A DNA stretch of 64,000 bases, taken from assembly GCA_963663165.1 (NCBI GenBank), contig OY760175.1, positions 1,696,001 to 1,760,000 on the forward strand, read 5' to 3'. The notes under the pieces are model-generated. The model was not told where the DNA came from and ran no database searches. It worked only from the letters and a program-made list of their open reading frames with translations. A program made the position numbers and the translations under genes. Source of the DNA: an uncultured Desulfospira sp. (GTDB taxonomy: Bacteria; Desulfobacterota; Desulfobacteria; Desulfobacterales; Desulfobacteraceae). Below are positions 50,541-60,340 of the stretch, one piece after another; within the stretch, counting starts at the first letter, position 1; each line of letters starts with the position of its first letter.

Positions 50541-53131
50541 TATCGACCTAATTTCAAATGCTCGCCTGAGGGATCCGCCGTAAACCGAATCACATCCCCT
50601 TTGGTAAACTCTCCTTTAAGCAATGCCATAGACAACGGATTTTCAATTTCCCGCTGGATCATCCGTTTCAAAGGCCTTGCACCGAATCCCGGATCATACC
50701 CGTTCTGGGCCAGCCAGTCCATGGCTGCGTCATCCAGGTTAACCTCAAGATTCCGGGATCTTAACCGCTTGTTCAGGCCGTTGATCTGGATTTTGGCAAT
50801 ATCCTGAATATCTTCCCGGCTCAGGGCATGGAAGGTAATGATCTCGTCAATCCGGTTAAGAAACTCGGGTCTGAACGCCTGTTTTAATGCCTGAGTGACC
50901 CCTTCCTGCCGGTCGGACTCAGACAGGGTGGCATCTTCGCCGGCCGCCTGGATAAACCGGGACCCCACATTGGAGGTCATGATGATAATGGTGTTTCTAA
51001 AATCCACGGTCCGCCCCTGTCCGTCGGTCATCCTTCCGTCGTCCAGCACCTGGAGCAGCACGTTAAACACATCGGGATGGGCCTTTTCAATCTCGTCAAA
51101 CAGGATCACCGAATAGGGCCGCCGTCTCACCGACTCGGTCAGATAACCGCCTTCATCATATCCCACATATCCGGGAGGGGCACCAATCAGCCTTGCCACC
51201 GAGTGTTTTTCCATGTACTCGGACATGTCCACCCTGACCATGGCCTGGTCGCTGTCAAACATAAATTCAGCCAAAGACTTGGCAAGCTCGGTCTTGCCCA
51301 CGCCCGTGGGTCCCATGAAGATAAAGGTCCCGATGGGCCGGTCTTCGGGCTGAAGCCCGGATCTTGCCCGTCTGACGGCATTGGATACGGCGTCAATGGC
51401 GGTCTTCTGGCCAATGACCCGTTTCTGGATATAGGATTCCATGGCCACCAGTTTTTCCTGCTCGCCCTGGAGCATCTTGGATACCGGAATCCCGGTCCAG
51501 GAAGAGACCACCTCTGCCACGTCAGCTTCTTCCACGTCCTCCCGGAGCATCTTCCGGTTTTCCTGGAGGCGGTTCAGCTCCTGCTTCTTGGCTTCAATCC
51601 GTTTTTTTAATTCTTCAATGGTGCCGTACCGGATCTGGGCCACTTTTTCAAGGTCCCCGCTGCGTTCGGCCATCTGGGCCTGGGTCTGGGCCCGGTCTAC
51701 ATCTTCCCTTAACCCGGAAATCTCCTGGATCAGGGATTTTTCATTATCCCAGTGAAGTTTTAAGGGACCCATCTCCTCCTGCATGGCCGCGATCTGCCGT
51801 TCAAGAACTTCGAGCCGTTCTTTTGAGGCGGCATCCTTTTCCTTTACCAGGGCCTGGCGCTCAATCTGGGCCTGGGTGATTTTACGCTGAATCTCGTCAA
51901 TGGCCCGGGGCATGGAGTCGATCTCAATCCGAAGCCTTGAGGCACACTCATCAATCAAGTCCACGGCCTTATCCGGCAAAAACCGGTCGGCAATGTACCG
52001 GTTGGACAGGGTGGCGGCCGCCACGATGGCCGAGTCTTTGATCCTTATGCCGTGGTGGACCTCGTATTTTTCCTTAAGTCCCCTTAAAATGGAGATGGTA
52101 TCCGCCACGGTGGGCTCCTTGGCCATGACCGGCTGGAACCGCCGTTCTAAGGCGGCATCCTTTTCAATATACTTTCGGTACTCGTCCAGGGTGGTGGCGC
52201 CCACGCATCTTAAGGTGCCTCTGGCCAGGGCCGGCTTGAGCATGTTGGAGGCATCTACGGAGCCTTCGGCGGCACCGGCGCCCACGACGGTATGAAGCTC
52301 GTCAATAAAGAGGACCACTTCCCCTTCAGCCGCTTCCACCTCCTTTAAAACCGCCTTTAACCGGTCTTCAAACTCGCCCCTGAACTTGGCACCGGCCAGC
52401 AAGGCCCCCATATCCAGGGCAATCACCCGCCTGTTTTTCAAGCTGTCGGACACATCGCCTTCCACGATTCTCTGGGCCAAGCCTTCCACAATGGCAGTTT
52501 TTCCCACCCCGGGATCACCGATGAGAACCGGGTTGTTCTTCCGTCTGCGGGACAGCACCTGGACAATCCTTCGGATTTCCTCATCCCGTCCGATCACCGG
52601 ATCCAGTTTGCCGGACCGGGCAAGGTCGGTGAGGTCTCTGCCGAATTTTTCCAGGGCCTGGTACTTTTCTTCCGGGTTCTGGTCAGTGACGGTCTGATTT
52701 CCCCGGATATCCTTTAACACGGACAAAATCGCCTCCCGGGTAACCCCGGCCCCTGACAGGATATCCCGGGTCTCCCCTTTCTGGCCGGCAAGGGAAAGGA
52801 AAATGTGTTCTAAACTGACATACTGGTCCTTCATCTTTGAGGCTTCATCAAATGCCAGGTCCAGAATTTTCTTGCCGTCCCGGGAAAGGTACAGATCCGC
52901 CCCCCCGGACACCGTGGGCTTTTTCCCAAGGCCCTCATCAACGGCCCGGTTCAGGGACGCTGTGTCCACCCCGATTTTTTTTAAGATGGAAACCGCCACC
53001 CCCTGATGATCCCCGAGCATGGCTTTAAGGAAATGAATGGGGTCAATGGTCGGATGATGGGCACCCGATGCCAGATCGTGGGCTGCTTGAACCAGTTCCT
53101 GGGACTTTACCGTGAGCTTGTCATATTTCAT
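50540..53131 (-). CDS. clpB: ATP-dependent chaperone ClpB
   Basis: Two AAA+ modules ([16 protein letters not shown]), coiled-coil middle domain, GAPPGYVG. Confidence 0.97.
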   Translation of the reverse strand: MKYDKLTVKSQELVQAAHDLASGAHHPTIDPIHFLKAMLGDHQGVAVSILKKIGVDTASLNRAVDEGLGKKPTVSGGADLYLSRDGKKILDLAFDEASKMKDQYVSLEHIFLSLAGQKGETRDILSGAGVTREAILSVLKDIRGNQTVTDQNPEEKYQALEKFGRDLTDLARSGKLDPVIGRDEEIRRIVQVLSRRRKNNPVLIGDPGVGKTAIVEGLAQRIVEGDVSDSLKNRRVIALDMGALLAGAKFRGEFEDRLKAVLKEVEAAEGEVVLFIDELHTVVGAGAAEGSVDASNMLKPALARGTLRCVGATTLDEYRKYIEKDAALERRFQPVMAKEPTVADTISILRGLKEKYEVHHGIRIKDSAIVAAATLSNRYIADRFLPDKAVDLIDECASRLRIEIDSMPRAIDEIQRKITQAQIERQALVKEKDAASKERLEVLERQIAAMQEEMGPLKLHWDNEKSLIQEISGLREDVDRAQTQAQMAERSGDLEKVAQIRYGTIEELKKRIEAKKQELNRLQENRKMLREDVEEADVAEVVSSWTGIPVSKMLQGEQEKLVAMESYIQKRVIGQKTAIDAVSNAVRRARSGLQPEDRPIGTFIFMGPTGVGKTELAKSLAEFMFDSDQAMVRVDMSEYMEKHSVARLIGAPPGYVGYDEGGYLTESVRRRPYSVILFDEIEKAHPDVFNVLLQVLDDGRMTDGQGRTVDFRNTIIIMTSNVGSRFIQAAGEDATLSESDRQEGVTQALKQAFRPEFLNRIDEIITFHALSREDIQDIAKIQINGLNKRLRSRNLEVNLDDAAMDWLAQNGYDPGFGARPLKRMIQREIENPLSMALLKGEFTKGDVIRFTADPSGEHLKLGR

Positions 53132-53333
53132 TTATTTTTCCTTTTCATTATCATTTTCAGTTTATAACAAAAAGTAATGCGATTTGGACCTTGGTCAAGC
53201 CACGCTGAAAAATAAATTTACATTATCCCAAACCAATGCCATTAACTTAAGAGTTTTCATCACTATAAATTGGAACGGCTCTTATTAACATCATGAAGTG
53301 CACATCTCCCAATGCCTGACCCTGTCCGTTACT

Positions 53334-53514
53334 CTCTGTGAAGTTTGGCGCAACCAAACCTTAAGTGTCCTCTGTGGTTTAAAAACATGAAATCCCAAAG
53401 GGATTGAAAGGTTTTTCTTGAAATTCCTGGTTTGTGAAATCAGCGGGCTTCGCCCGCATTTTCTATTCAACCACAGAGAGAATAGAGGTTTGGCTTGCGC
53501 CAAACTACACAGAG
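53334..53514. repeat. Inverted REP/MITE-like repeat pair
   Basis: CTCTGTGAAGTTTGGCGCAACCAAACC...CTCTGTGGTT versus AACCACAGAG...GGTTTGGCTTGCGCCAAACTACACAGAG. Confidence 0.65.
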
Positions 53515-53570
53515 GAAACCTACAAATAACATACTCGATGCTTAAGTTAATGACATTGTATCCCAAACAC

Positions 53571-54734
53571 CTAATTTGTCTCCCAGAAAGGCGACATCTG
53601 CCTTAACCGTTCAATAATGGGCACCATGGCCTCAACAATGTCATCCATTTCCTGGCGGGTATTGTAATGGGACAGGGAAAACCGGATGGTCCCGTGAAGG
53701 GATTTCTGGGGGACCTTCATGGCCATGAGCACATGGGAGGGATCAAGAGAGCCCGAGGTGCAGGCCGATCCGGAAGAGGCGCAGATGCCTTTCTGATCCA
53801 GGAGCATGAGAATGGACTCCCCCTCTACGGCGTCAAAGCCGATGGACAGGGTATTGGGCAGCCGGTGGTCCATATCCCCGTTCACGGAACAGGCAGGAAT
53901 GGTGTCAAGCAGCCGGTTCTGGAGACAATCCCTTAACTCCTTAACCCGGGTGTTCATTTCATCTAAATTCTCTTTGGCCAGTTGGGCGGCCTTGCCAAGG
54001 CCGATAATGGAAACCGTGTTTTCCGTTCCGCCCCGCCGGCCCTTTTCCTGGTGGCCGCCAATAAGAAATGGCGTGAACTTGAGGCCGTTTTTGATATACA
54101 GCACACCAATGCCCTTGGGGGCATGAATTTTATGCCCGGACAAGGAGAGCATGTCCACACCGGTTTTCTTCACGTCAATGGGCACCTTGCCCGTGGCCTG
54201 GACCGCGTCGGTATGAAATAAAATCCCTTTTTGAGCCGCTTCTTTAGCAATCTCGTCAATGGGGAAAATCACGCCTGTTTCGTTGTTGGCCCACATGACG
54301 GATACGATGGCGGTATTCTCAGACATGCTTGAATAGAGCAGGTCCAGGTCCAGCCGCCCCCTGCTGTCCACGGGCACCAGGGTAATCTCATACCCCCGGT
54401 TTCTTTTTAGGTGTTTACACAGGTTAAGAATGGCCGGATGCTCAACCGCTGTGGTAATGATATGCTTTTTTTCGGGGAAAGCGGCAAGGGCCGTGTTAAT
54501 GGCCGCATTATCACTCTCCGTGCCGCAGCTGGTAAACACGATCTCATCCGGGTCCGCATTGATCAGGCCGGCCACATGTTCTCTGGCCTGTTTAACCTTT
54601 TGGGCCACCTGGTCCCCGAAGGTATACATGGAAGACGGGTTCCCGTACATCTCGCCGAAATAAGGAAGCATTGTCTCAATGACCTCATCAGCGACTTTGG
54701 TGGTGGCGTTGTTATCCGTGTAAATAATAGTCAT
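53571..54734 (-). CDS. nifS: Cysteine desulfurase NifS
   Basis: DNNATT, TSCGTESDN, NNETG, HTDAVQ, SGHK (PLP Lys), SSGSACTSGS. Confidence 0.95.
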   Translation of the reverse strand: MTIIYTDNNATTKVADEVIETMLPYFGEMYGNPSSMYTFGDQVAQKVKQAREHVAGLINADPDEIVFTSCGTESDNAAINTALAAFPEKKHIITTAVEHPAILNLCKHLKRNRGYEITLVPVDSRGRLDLDLLYSSMSENTAIVSVMWANNETGVIFPIDEIAKEAAQKGILFHTDAVQATGKVPIDVKKTGVDMLSLSGHKIHAPKGIGVLYIKNGLKFTPFLIGGHQEKGRRGGTENTVSIIGLGKAAQLAKENLDEMNTRVKELRDCLQNRLLDTIPACSVNGDMDHRLPNTLSIGFDAVEGESILMLLDQKGICASSGSACTSGSLDPSHVLMAMKVPQKSLHGTIRFSLSHYNTRQEMDDIVEAMVPIIERLRQMSPFWETN

Positions 54735-54750
54735 GGGTCACCTTCTCGGG

Positions 54751-55323
54751 TTATGCCAGGCCTTGAGCAGCCCGGGTGGATTCAATGATCTGTTCGATCC
54801 GGTCAATGCATTTGCCGCAGCCGCCGCCAGCCTTAAGATAGTTGGTGACATCTTCGGTGGTCTTAAGGTCGTTGTTTTTGACGGCATCCTTAATTTCAAG
54901 ATCGGTCACATCAAAACATTCACAGACCAGGTCTCCTGGTTTCTCAAGGATCTGAACGCCCCGGTAATTGGCAATGGCCTTTTTCAAGGCGGCATGGCCC
55001 ATGACCGAGCAGTGCATTTTGGCTTTGGGAAGCCCCCCTAAATAATCGGCAATATCGTCGTTGGTCACCTTGATAGCCTCATCCAGGGTCATGCCCTTGA
55101 TGATTTCCGTCAGGGCCGATGAGGACGCCACGGCACTGGCGCAGCCAAATGTCATGAAAGAGGCATTGATGATTCTTTCATTTTCATTCACCTTTAAATA
55201 TAAGGTCAGGGCATCCCCGCAATTGAGGGACCCGGTCTCTCCCACCGCATTTGCATCTCTCATGACCCCTACGTTCCTGGGGTTCAAAAAATGGTCTTTG
55301 ACCTGATCAGAGTAATTCCACAT
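54751..55323 (-). CDS. nifU: Fe-S scaffold NifU (IscU-like plus BFD-like domains, no C-terminal Nfu domain)
   Basis: HFLNPRNVG, CGD, FGCASA, LPKAKMHCS, VCECF...GGCGKC. Ends at 190 aa. Confidence 0.9.
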   Translation of the reverse strand: MWNYSDQVKDHFLNPRNVGVMRDANAVGETGSLNCGDALTLYLKVNENERIINASFMTFGCASAVASSSALTEIIKGMTLDEAIKVTNDDIADYLGGLPKAKMHCSVMGHAALKKAIANYRGVQILEKPGDLVCECFDVTDLEIKDAVKNNDLKTTEDVTNYLKAGGGCGKCIDRIEQIIESTRAAQGLA

Positions 55324-55615
55324 GACAGCCTCCCTTATTGATCTGTTTTACGGCCTGCCCCGGGAATCGTGTAACAGGCCTGATGATTTTGCCATGATTT
55401 AAAATACTACATGGTGGTAGATTGTCAAATAGAAACAATGGAGACCGGAAGAAGGGAAACCGCCAGACCGGAAACGGGAGACCGGATGTTACGGACCCTT
55501 TAGGCTGTCTTTTTTTCCATGGTGTAAAAAAACCCGACAAAATGCGGTGCCATTCCCTGCATTGTTTTCCATTCATTTCATTGAATTACAAGCAGTTAAA
55601 CAAAATCCCCCCCAT

Positions 55616-55631
55616 TGGTATGGTCATTGCT
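55616..55631 (+). promoter_or_regulatory. sigma54 (-24/-12) promoter of the aspA-hydF operon
   Basis: TGGTAT-GGTCA-TTGCT fits TGGYAY-N5-TTGCW with GG-N10-GC spacing. Confidence 0.7.
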
Positions 55632-55770
55632 CATACAGGTTTTATCAGCCGTCCGGTACAAGGATATCCCGGCCGGGCCAAGATGAACCGGCAGATTGGA
55701 CGTTTGGGGCATTAAACTTTTAAATTAGGTTGACAAGAGGCAATGACTTATCATATGACCACCGTAACGG

Positions 55771-55838
55771 AAAACAGCCACGAAGGCTTAAAGGTTATCC
55801 CCAGGGATAGGTTTAGGCTTTTGTGGCTGTTTTTTTTT
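55771..55838 (+). terminator. Long leader hairpin followed by a U-tract (attenuator/terminator candidate)
   Basis: AAAACAGCCACGAAGGCTTAAA pairs with TTTAGGCTTTTGTGGCTGTTTT (three G-U pairs), apical TATCCC-CA-GGGATA, then a T-run. Confidence 0.6.
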
Positions 55839-55945
55839 GCGCCGTTGCCCACCCCTTGCAAAAGGGTGCCAAAAAAAGGGAAGGGCCATGGCCCGGTCTG
55901 CCCGTTTGAACTTGATGAAGCACTGTTTTTTACAGGATATCAACC

Positions 55946-57382
55946 ATGAGCAGCAACCAGACATTAATGCGCCGGGAGCGTGACACCTTAGGAGAACTCG
56001 ATGTTCCGGCCACGGCCCTTTACGGCATCCATACCATGCGGGCCATCCACAATTTCCCCTTTTCAACGGCCCGCCTTCCCGAACCGTTCATAAAGGCCAT
56101 GGGACAGGTAAAACAGGCCTGTGCCCTGACGAACCAGACCCTTGGCTATCTTGATCCAAATCCGGGCGAGGCCGTTATCACCGCCTGCAAAGAGCTTGAA
56201 AAAGGCGATCTGTCAGACCACATTCTGGTGGACCCCTTCCAGGGCGGGGCCGGCACCTCCACCAACATGAACGTTAACGAGGTCATTGCCAACCGGGCCG
56301 AACAACTCCTGGGCGGGAATCTAGGCGAATACCGGATGGTTCACCCCATTCATCACGTCAATATGCACCAGTCCACCAATGATGTGTATCCCACGGCTCT
56401 GAAGGTAGCAGCGCTTAAGCTGCTGGTGACCCTGGAAAACGAGATAGAAAAGCTGCAACAGGCCCTCCAGGAAAAGGAGGGGGAATTTCGCAGCATTGTA
56501 AAGGTGGCCAGAACCGAGCTTGTGGACGCCGTTCCCATGACCCTGGGCATGACCTTTGGGGCCTTTGCCGATGCCGCGGCCCGTGACCGCTGGCGTATTT
56601 TCAAGAGCCGGGAACGGATCAAACGGGTCAATCTTGGGGGAACCGCCATTGGTACGGGGCTGGGCGCGCCCAGGGACTATGTGCTGAAGGTGACTGAAAC
56701 CCTGCGGAATATCACCGCTTTACCGGTATCCCGTGCTGAAAATCTCATCGACGCCACCCAGAATATGGACCCTTTGGTAGAAGTTTCGGGCATGCTCAAG
56801 GCCTATGCGGCCAATCTGCTCAAACTGTCCTCGGATTTAAGGCTGCTGTCCAGCGGGCCTGAAACCGGCATCGGGGAGATCATTCTTGACCCCTTGCAGG
56901 CGGGATCTTCCATTATGGCCGGCAAGATCAATCCGGTCATGCCCGAAGCCGTGACCCAGGTGGCGATCAAGGTGATGGGCAACGACCAGACCATCGCCTT
57001 TGCCGCCGGCATGGGCCAGCTTGAACTCAATCACCTCCTGCCGCTGTTAACCCACACTTTTTTAGAATCACTGATGCTGCTGATCAGCGCCACAAAAGGG
57101 CTTTCCACACACTGTATCCCTAAAATCCAAGCCAACCCAAAACAATGTCTGGCCCATTTAGAACGAAGCCATGCGCTGGCCACGGTCCTGGTCCCGGCAC
57201 TGGGATATGCCCGGGTGGAGGAGATCGTCAACGCCGCAAGGGCATCGGGCAGATCCATAAAAGAGGAGATCATCCATCAGCATCTGGCATCACGGGAAAT
57301 TGTCGATACGCTGCTGTCGCCCAAACGGCTGTGTAAACTCGGGTTTACGCCAAATGAATTTGACGGGGTGAACCGGCCATGA
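55946..57382 (+). CDS. aspA: Aspartate ammonia-lyase
   Basis: RRERDTLGE, YGIHT-RA, QGGAGTSTNMN, HVNMHQSTND, GSSIMAGKINPV fumarase/aspartase signature. Confidence 0.9.
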   Translation: MSSNQTLMRRERDTLGELDVPATALYGIHTMRAIHNFPFSTARLPEPFIKAMGQVKQACALTNQTLGYLDPNPGEAVITACKELEKGDLSDHILVDPFQGGAGTSTNMNVNEVIANRAEQLLGGNLGEYRMVHPIHHVNMHQSTNDVYPTALKVAALKLLVTLENEIEKLQQALQEKEGEFRSIVKVARTELVDAVPMTLGMTFGAFADAAARDRWRIFKSRERIKRVNLGGTAIGTGLGAPRDYVLKVTETLRNITALPVSRAENLIDATQNMDPLVEVSGMLKAYAANLLKLSSDLRLLSSGPETGIGEIILDPLQAGSSIMAGKINPVMPEAVTQVAIKVMGNDQTIAFAAGMGQLELNHLLPLLTHTFLESLMLLISATKGLSTHCIPKIQANPKQCLAHLERSHALATVLVPALGYARVEEIVNAARASGRSIKEEIIHQHLASREIVDTLLSPKRLCKLGFTPNEFDGVNRP

Positions 57383-57424
57383 CCCCTGTGGCAGGACTTA
57401 TAAAAACACCGGCTGAAAGGAGAA

Positions 57425-58636
57425 ATGCTTATGTCCAGTAAGGCCCCCCGGGGTGTACGCCTTGTTATTGCACTGGTGGGCCGGCGCAATGCCGGAAAAT
57501 CATCCCTTGTCAACGCCATTGCCGGGCAGGAGATTGCCATCGTTTCCGATCACCCGGGCACGACCACGGACCCGGTGGCCAAGCCCTACGAACTGCTGCC
57601 CTTAGGGCCTGTCACCTTTTATGATACGGCAGGCCTGGATGACGAAGGGGAACTTGGAGACCTGCGGGTCAGGGCCACCCGGAAAATCCTCTGGCGGTCG
57701 GATGTGGCCGTGGTGGTCATTTCAGAGCAAGGCATCACCCATTATGAAAAAAAGATCGTTGATGAAATCCGTGATCTGGACATTCCCTTCCTCATGGTCT
57801 TTAACAAGAGCGATCTGGCCAGGCCTTCAGACCCGGATCTTGCCTTTTGCAGGGAAAACAGCCTGCCTTATCTGATCATCAGTGCAAAAGACAATGTGAA
57901 TATTACGGCAGTAAAAGAGGCAATTATCGACATTGCCCCGCCGGAAATAAAGCGGGAGCCTTTGCTGGCCGGCGACCTCATCAATGAGGGCGACTGGGTG
58001 GTCTGTGTGGTTCCCATTGATCTGGCAGCCCCCAAAGGCAGGCTCATCCTGCCCCAGGTTCAGGTTCTTCGTGAAATCCTGGACTGTGATGCCTTGGGGC
58101 TCATGGTCAAGGAAAAAGAAATTGATGCGGCCCTTTCCGGCCTGCATCGAAAACCGGCCCTGGTGATTGCCGATTCCCAGGTGGTGATGAGCGTGGCCGG
58201 GGACGTGCCCGAAGATATCCCCTTAACCACTTTTTCCATTCTGTTTGCCCGGTACAAGGGGGACATCACAAAGCTTACGGCCGGTGCGGCCGCCATAGAC
58301 GATCTTAAGGACGGGGACCGGGTCCTTATTGCCGAGGCCTGTTCCCACCATCCAGTGGCCGACGACATCGGCCGGGTCAAGATTCCCCGCTGGATCACCC
58401 AGTACACGGGCAGGGATTTGAACTTTGATGTCTATTCCGGCCACGATTTTCCTGAACATCTGGAAAAGTACCGGCTGGCCGTTCATTGCGGGGGATGCAT
58501 GATCAACCGCGTTGAAATGCTGCGCAGAATCAAGGAGTGCCGCCGCCGAGGGGTGGCCATTACCAACTTTGGCCTGGCCATCTCAAAGGTCCAGGGGGTG
58601 CTGGACAGGGTCATAAAGCCCTTTGGAGGGATATAA
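57425..58636 (+). CDS. hydF: [FeFe]-hydrogenase H-cluster maturation GTPase HydF
   Basis: GRRNAGKSS, GTTTDPV, DTAG, NKSD, PIDLAAPKGRLILPQVQ, and EACSHH...HCGGC Fe-S motif. Confidence 0.95.
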   Translation: MLMSSKAPRGVRLVIALVGRRNAGKSSLVNAIAGQEIAIVSDHPGTTTDPVAKPYELLPLGPVTFYDTAGLDDEGELGDLRVRATRKILWRSDVAVVVISEQGITHYEKKIVDEIRDLDIPFLMVFNKSDLARPSDPDLAFCRENSLPYLIISAKDNVNITAVKEAIIDIAPPEIKREPLLAGDLINEGDWVVCVVPIDLAAPKGRLILPQVQVLREILDCDALGLMVKEKEIDAALSGLHRKPALVIADSQVVMSVAGDVPEDIPLTTFSILFARYKGDITKLTAGAAAIDDLKDGDRVLIAEACSHHPVADDIGRVKIPRWITQYTGRDLNFDVYSGHDFPEHLEKYRLAVHCGGCMINRVEMLRRIKECRRRGVAITNFGLAISKVQGVLDRVIKPFGGI

Positions 58637-60309
58637 TGCACCTTCAGGAAAACGGCATTACCTTCGCAGCCCCCCCCTTGAACCGGCTGCCGTCGGTTCA
58701 CAGGAAAATTTTCTGTCCGGGAAACACCTTGATTGTCTGCGTGCAGCTGGCAGACGGGCGGGTGGAAGATGCCTGGAGTACCGGCCGGATGATGCGCAGC
58801 ATGAACCTTTTGCTGCAGGTTATTTCAGATGACCCCGGCCGGCCCTGTTTTGTCCGGCGCGCCCATTGCCTGTGCAACGACGGACATGCCCTGGCTGCGG
58901 TTCGCGCATTAGAGGACCTGGCCGGGATAGCGCCGCCCCGCAGCGCGCTTCTGGTGCGCAGCCTGGTTCAGGCCCTTCGATGTATCCAGGAGCACCTGCT
59001 TCACTTTTATCAATTTCACCTGTCCAACTGGGTCTGTTTAGGGCCGGCCCTGGGGGCTGATCCCGGTAAAACCGCCCGGCTGGCAGATCCATTGAACCGG
59101 GGACCTGATTATTTCAGGCAGGTCCAGGAGCGGTTGCGGCCCCTGGCTGAAAATAAAGGGATCAATGGATTTAATGACCGTTTCTGTGATCATCCGGATT
59201 ACCGTGGAGCCGACGAATTCCATCTGCTGGTTCACAGCCACAGCCTGGAATCCCTTCAAATACAAAGTCTTCTGAACAAGGCCCTGGGGCTGCTTGGCTG
59301 TAAAAACGGCCGGCATCCGGCCTATCAGACAGGCGGGCTGTCCCCGGACATGAACCTTGGACAGGCCGTGCTGCAGCAGCTGCACGGCCTGGTTCGCCAC
59401 TGCCGGGATTTTATTAACACCTCTTTTCTTACCGATCTTGAACAGATGGCCAGGGCCTACCCCCATTGGAAGGACCTGGCCATTGGCAGCACGTTTCTTT
59501 GCCTGGGCGATTTTGCCCGACCCCATGACAGGGGCCTGCTGTTTCCCAACGGCATTACCCGGACGGCAGGCAAAAATCAAATCGTTGATCCGGCCCGGCC
59601 CGATCGGGTCACGGAAGAACACACCCCTAAATGGAAGGACCTGGACACAGAACGGTACCGGCTCAACTTCGGCAGACACGGCCCGGTATTTTTCTGGAAC
59701 AAAGGAAATTTGCCTTGGATTTTTGCTCCCCGCCACGGCAAAGATGCCTGTGAGGCGGGATCCCTTGCCCGGGTGATGGGGGCCTTTACCCAGGGCCGGC
59801 AGGAAGTGTGTAAAGCCGTAAATAACAGCCTGAAGGCCTCCGGCCTTTTGCCGGGGGATATGAACTGTGCACTGGGGAGGCTGTTGTCCCGGGGCATTGA
59901 ATCTTCGGTTCTTTCAAAGGCCGCTTTGGACTGGCTGGATGAACTCAAGACTGAACCGGTCGGCAAACGGGCATTGATGAACCAGAACTTTCGTCTGCCC
60001 CGTACCGGTGTGGGAACCGGAAAGGTGGAAGTGCCAAGGGGATCTTTGATCCATACCATCCAAATGGACAAACACAGAATCATCCGCCATGACTGCCTTA
60101 TCCCGTCCATGTGGAATTTTTCCGTCCGGGATTCAAAGGGCCGGCGCGGCCCCCTGGAACAGGCGCTGCTGGGGACACCGGTGAGAAACCCTGATCATCC
60201 CCTGGAACTTTTACGCATTGTCCACGCCTTTGACCCCTGCAACCCCTGCCATGTGGTGGTCCAGGATGCGGACACCGGAAGGGTCACCCTGTCAGGCCCC
60301 GGGACGTGA
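58636..60309 (+). CDS. Divergent [NiFe]-hydrogenase large-subunit-like protein
   Basis: HALAAVRALED, HLLHFYQFH, APRH, CEAGSLAR, EVPRGSLIH, PSMWNFSVRD-KG-RGPLEQALLGTP, ELLRIVHAFDPCNPC. ATG overlaps the hydF TAA (TAATG). Confidence 0.85.
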   Translation: MHLQENGITFAAPPLNRLPSVHRKIFCPGNTLIVCVQLADGRVEDAWSTGRMMRSMNLLLQVISDDPGRPCFVRRAHCLCNDGHALAAVRALEDLAGIAPPRSALLVRSLVQALRCIQEHLLHFYQFHLSNWVCLGPALGADPGKTARLADPLNRGPDYFRQVQERLRPLAENKGINGFNDRFCDHPDYRGADEFHLLVHSHSLESLQIQSLLNKALGLLGCKNGRHPAYQTGGLSPDMNLGQAVLQQLHGLVRHCRDFINTSFLTDLEQMARAYPHWKDLAIGSTFLCLGDFARPHDRGLLFPNGITRTAGKNQIVDPARPDRVTEEHTPKWKDLDTERYRLNFGRHGPVFFWNKGNLPWIFAPRHGKDACEAGSLARVMGAFTQGRQEVCKAVNNSLKASGLLPGDMNCALGRLLSRGIESSVLSKAALDWLDELKTEPVGKRALMNQNFRLPRTGVGTGKVEVPRGSLIHTIQMDKHRIIRHDCLIPSMWNFSVRDSKGRRGPLEQALLGTPVRNPDHPLELLRIVHAFDPCNPCHVVVQDADTGRVTLSGPGT

Positions 60310-60340
60310 CAAGAAACCGGAAAAAAAGATAAAAGAAGCT

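Noticed and set aside
53132..53290. CIRCE (HrcA) operator upstream of clpB
   Set aside because: No TTAGCACTC-N9-GAGTGCTAA match was found.
55730..55760. sigma70 promoter in the aspA leader
   Set aside because: TTGACA is present, but no convincing -10 hexamer lies at 16-18 bp spacing.
58537..58635. ORF-track N-terminal extension of the NiFe-like gene
   Set aside because: Overlaps hydF. The ATG at 58636 has a GGAGG RBS and TAATG coupling.
58636..60309. Functional group 1 [NiFe] or [NiFeSe] uptake hydrogenase
   Set aside because: L1 motif and catalytic Glu are altered, there is no in-frame TGA for Sec at L2, and no small subunit, maturation protease or hyp gene is adjacent.
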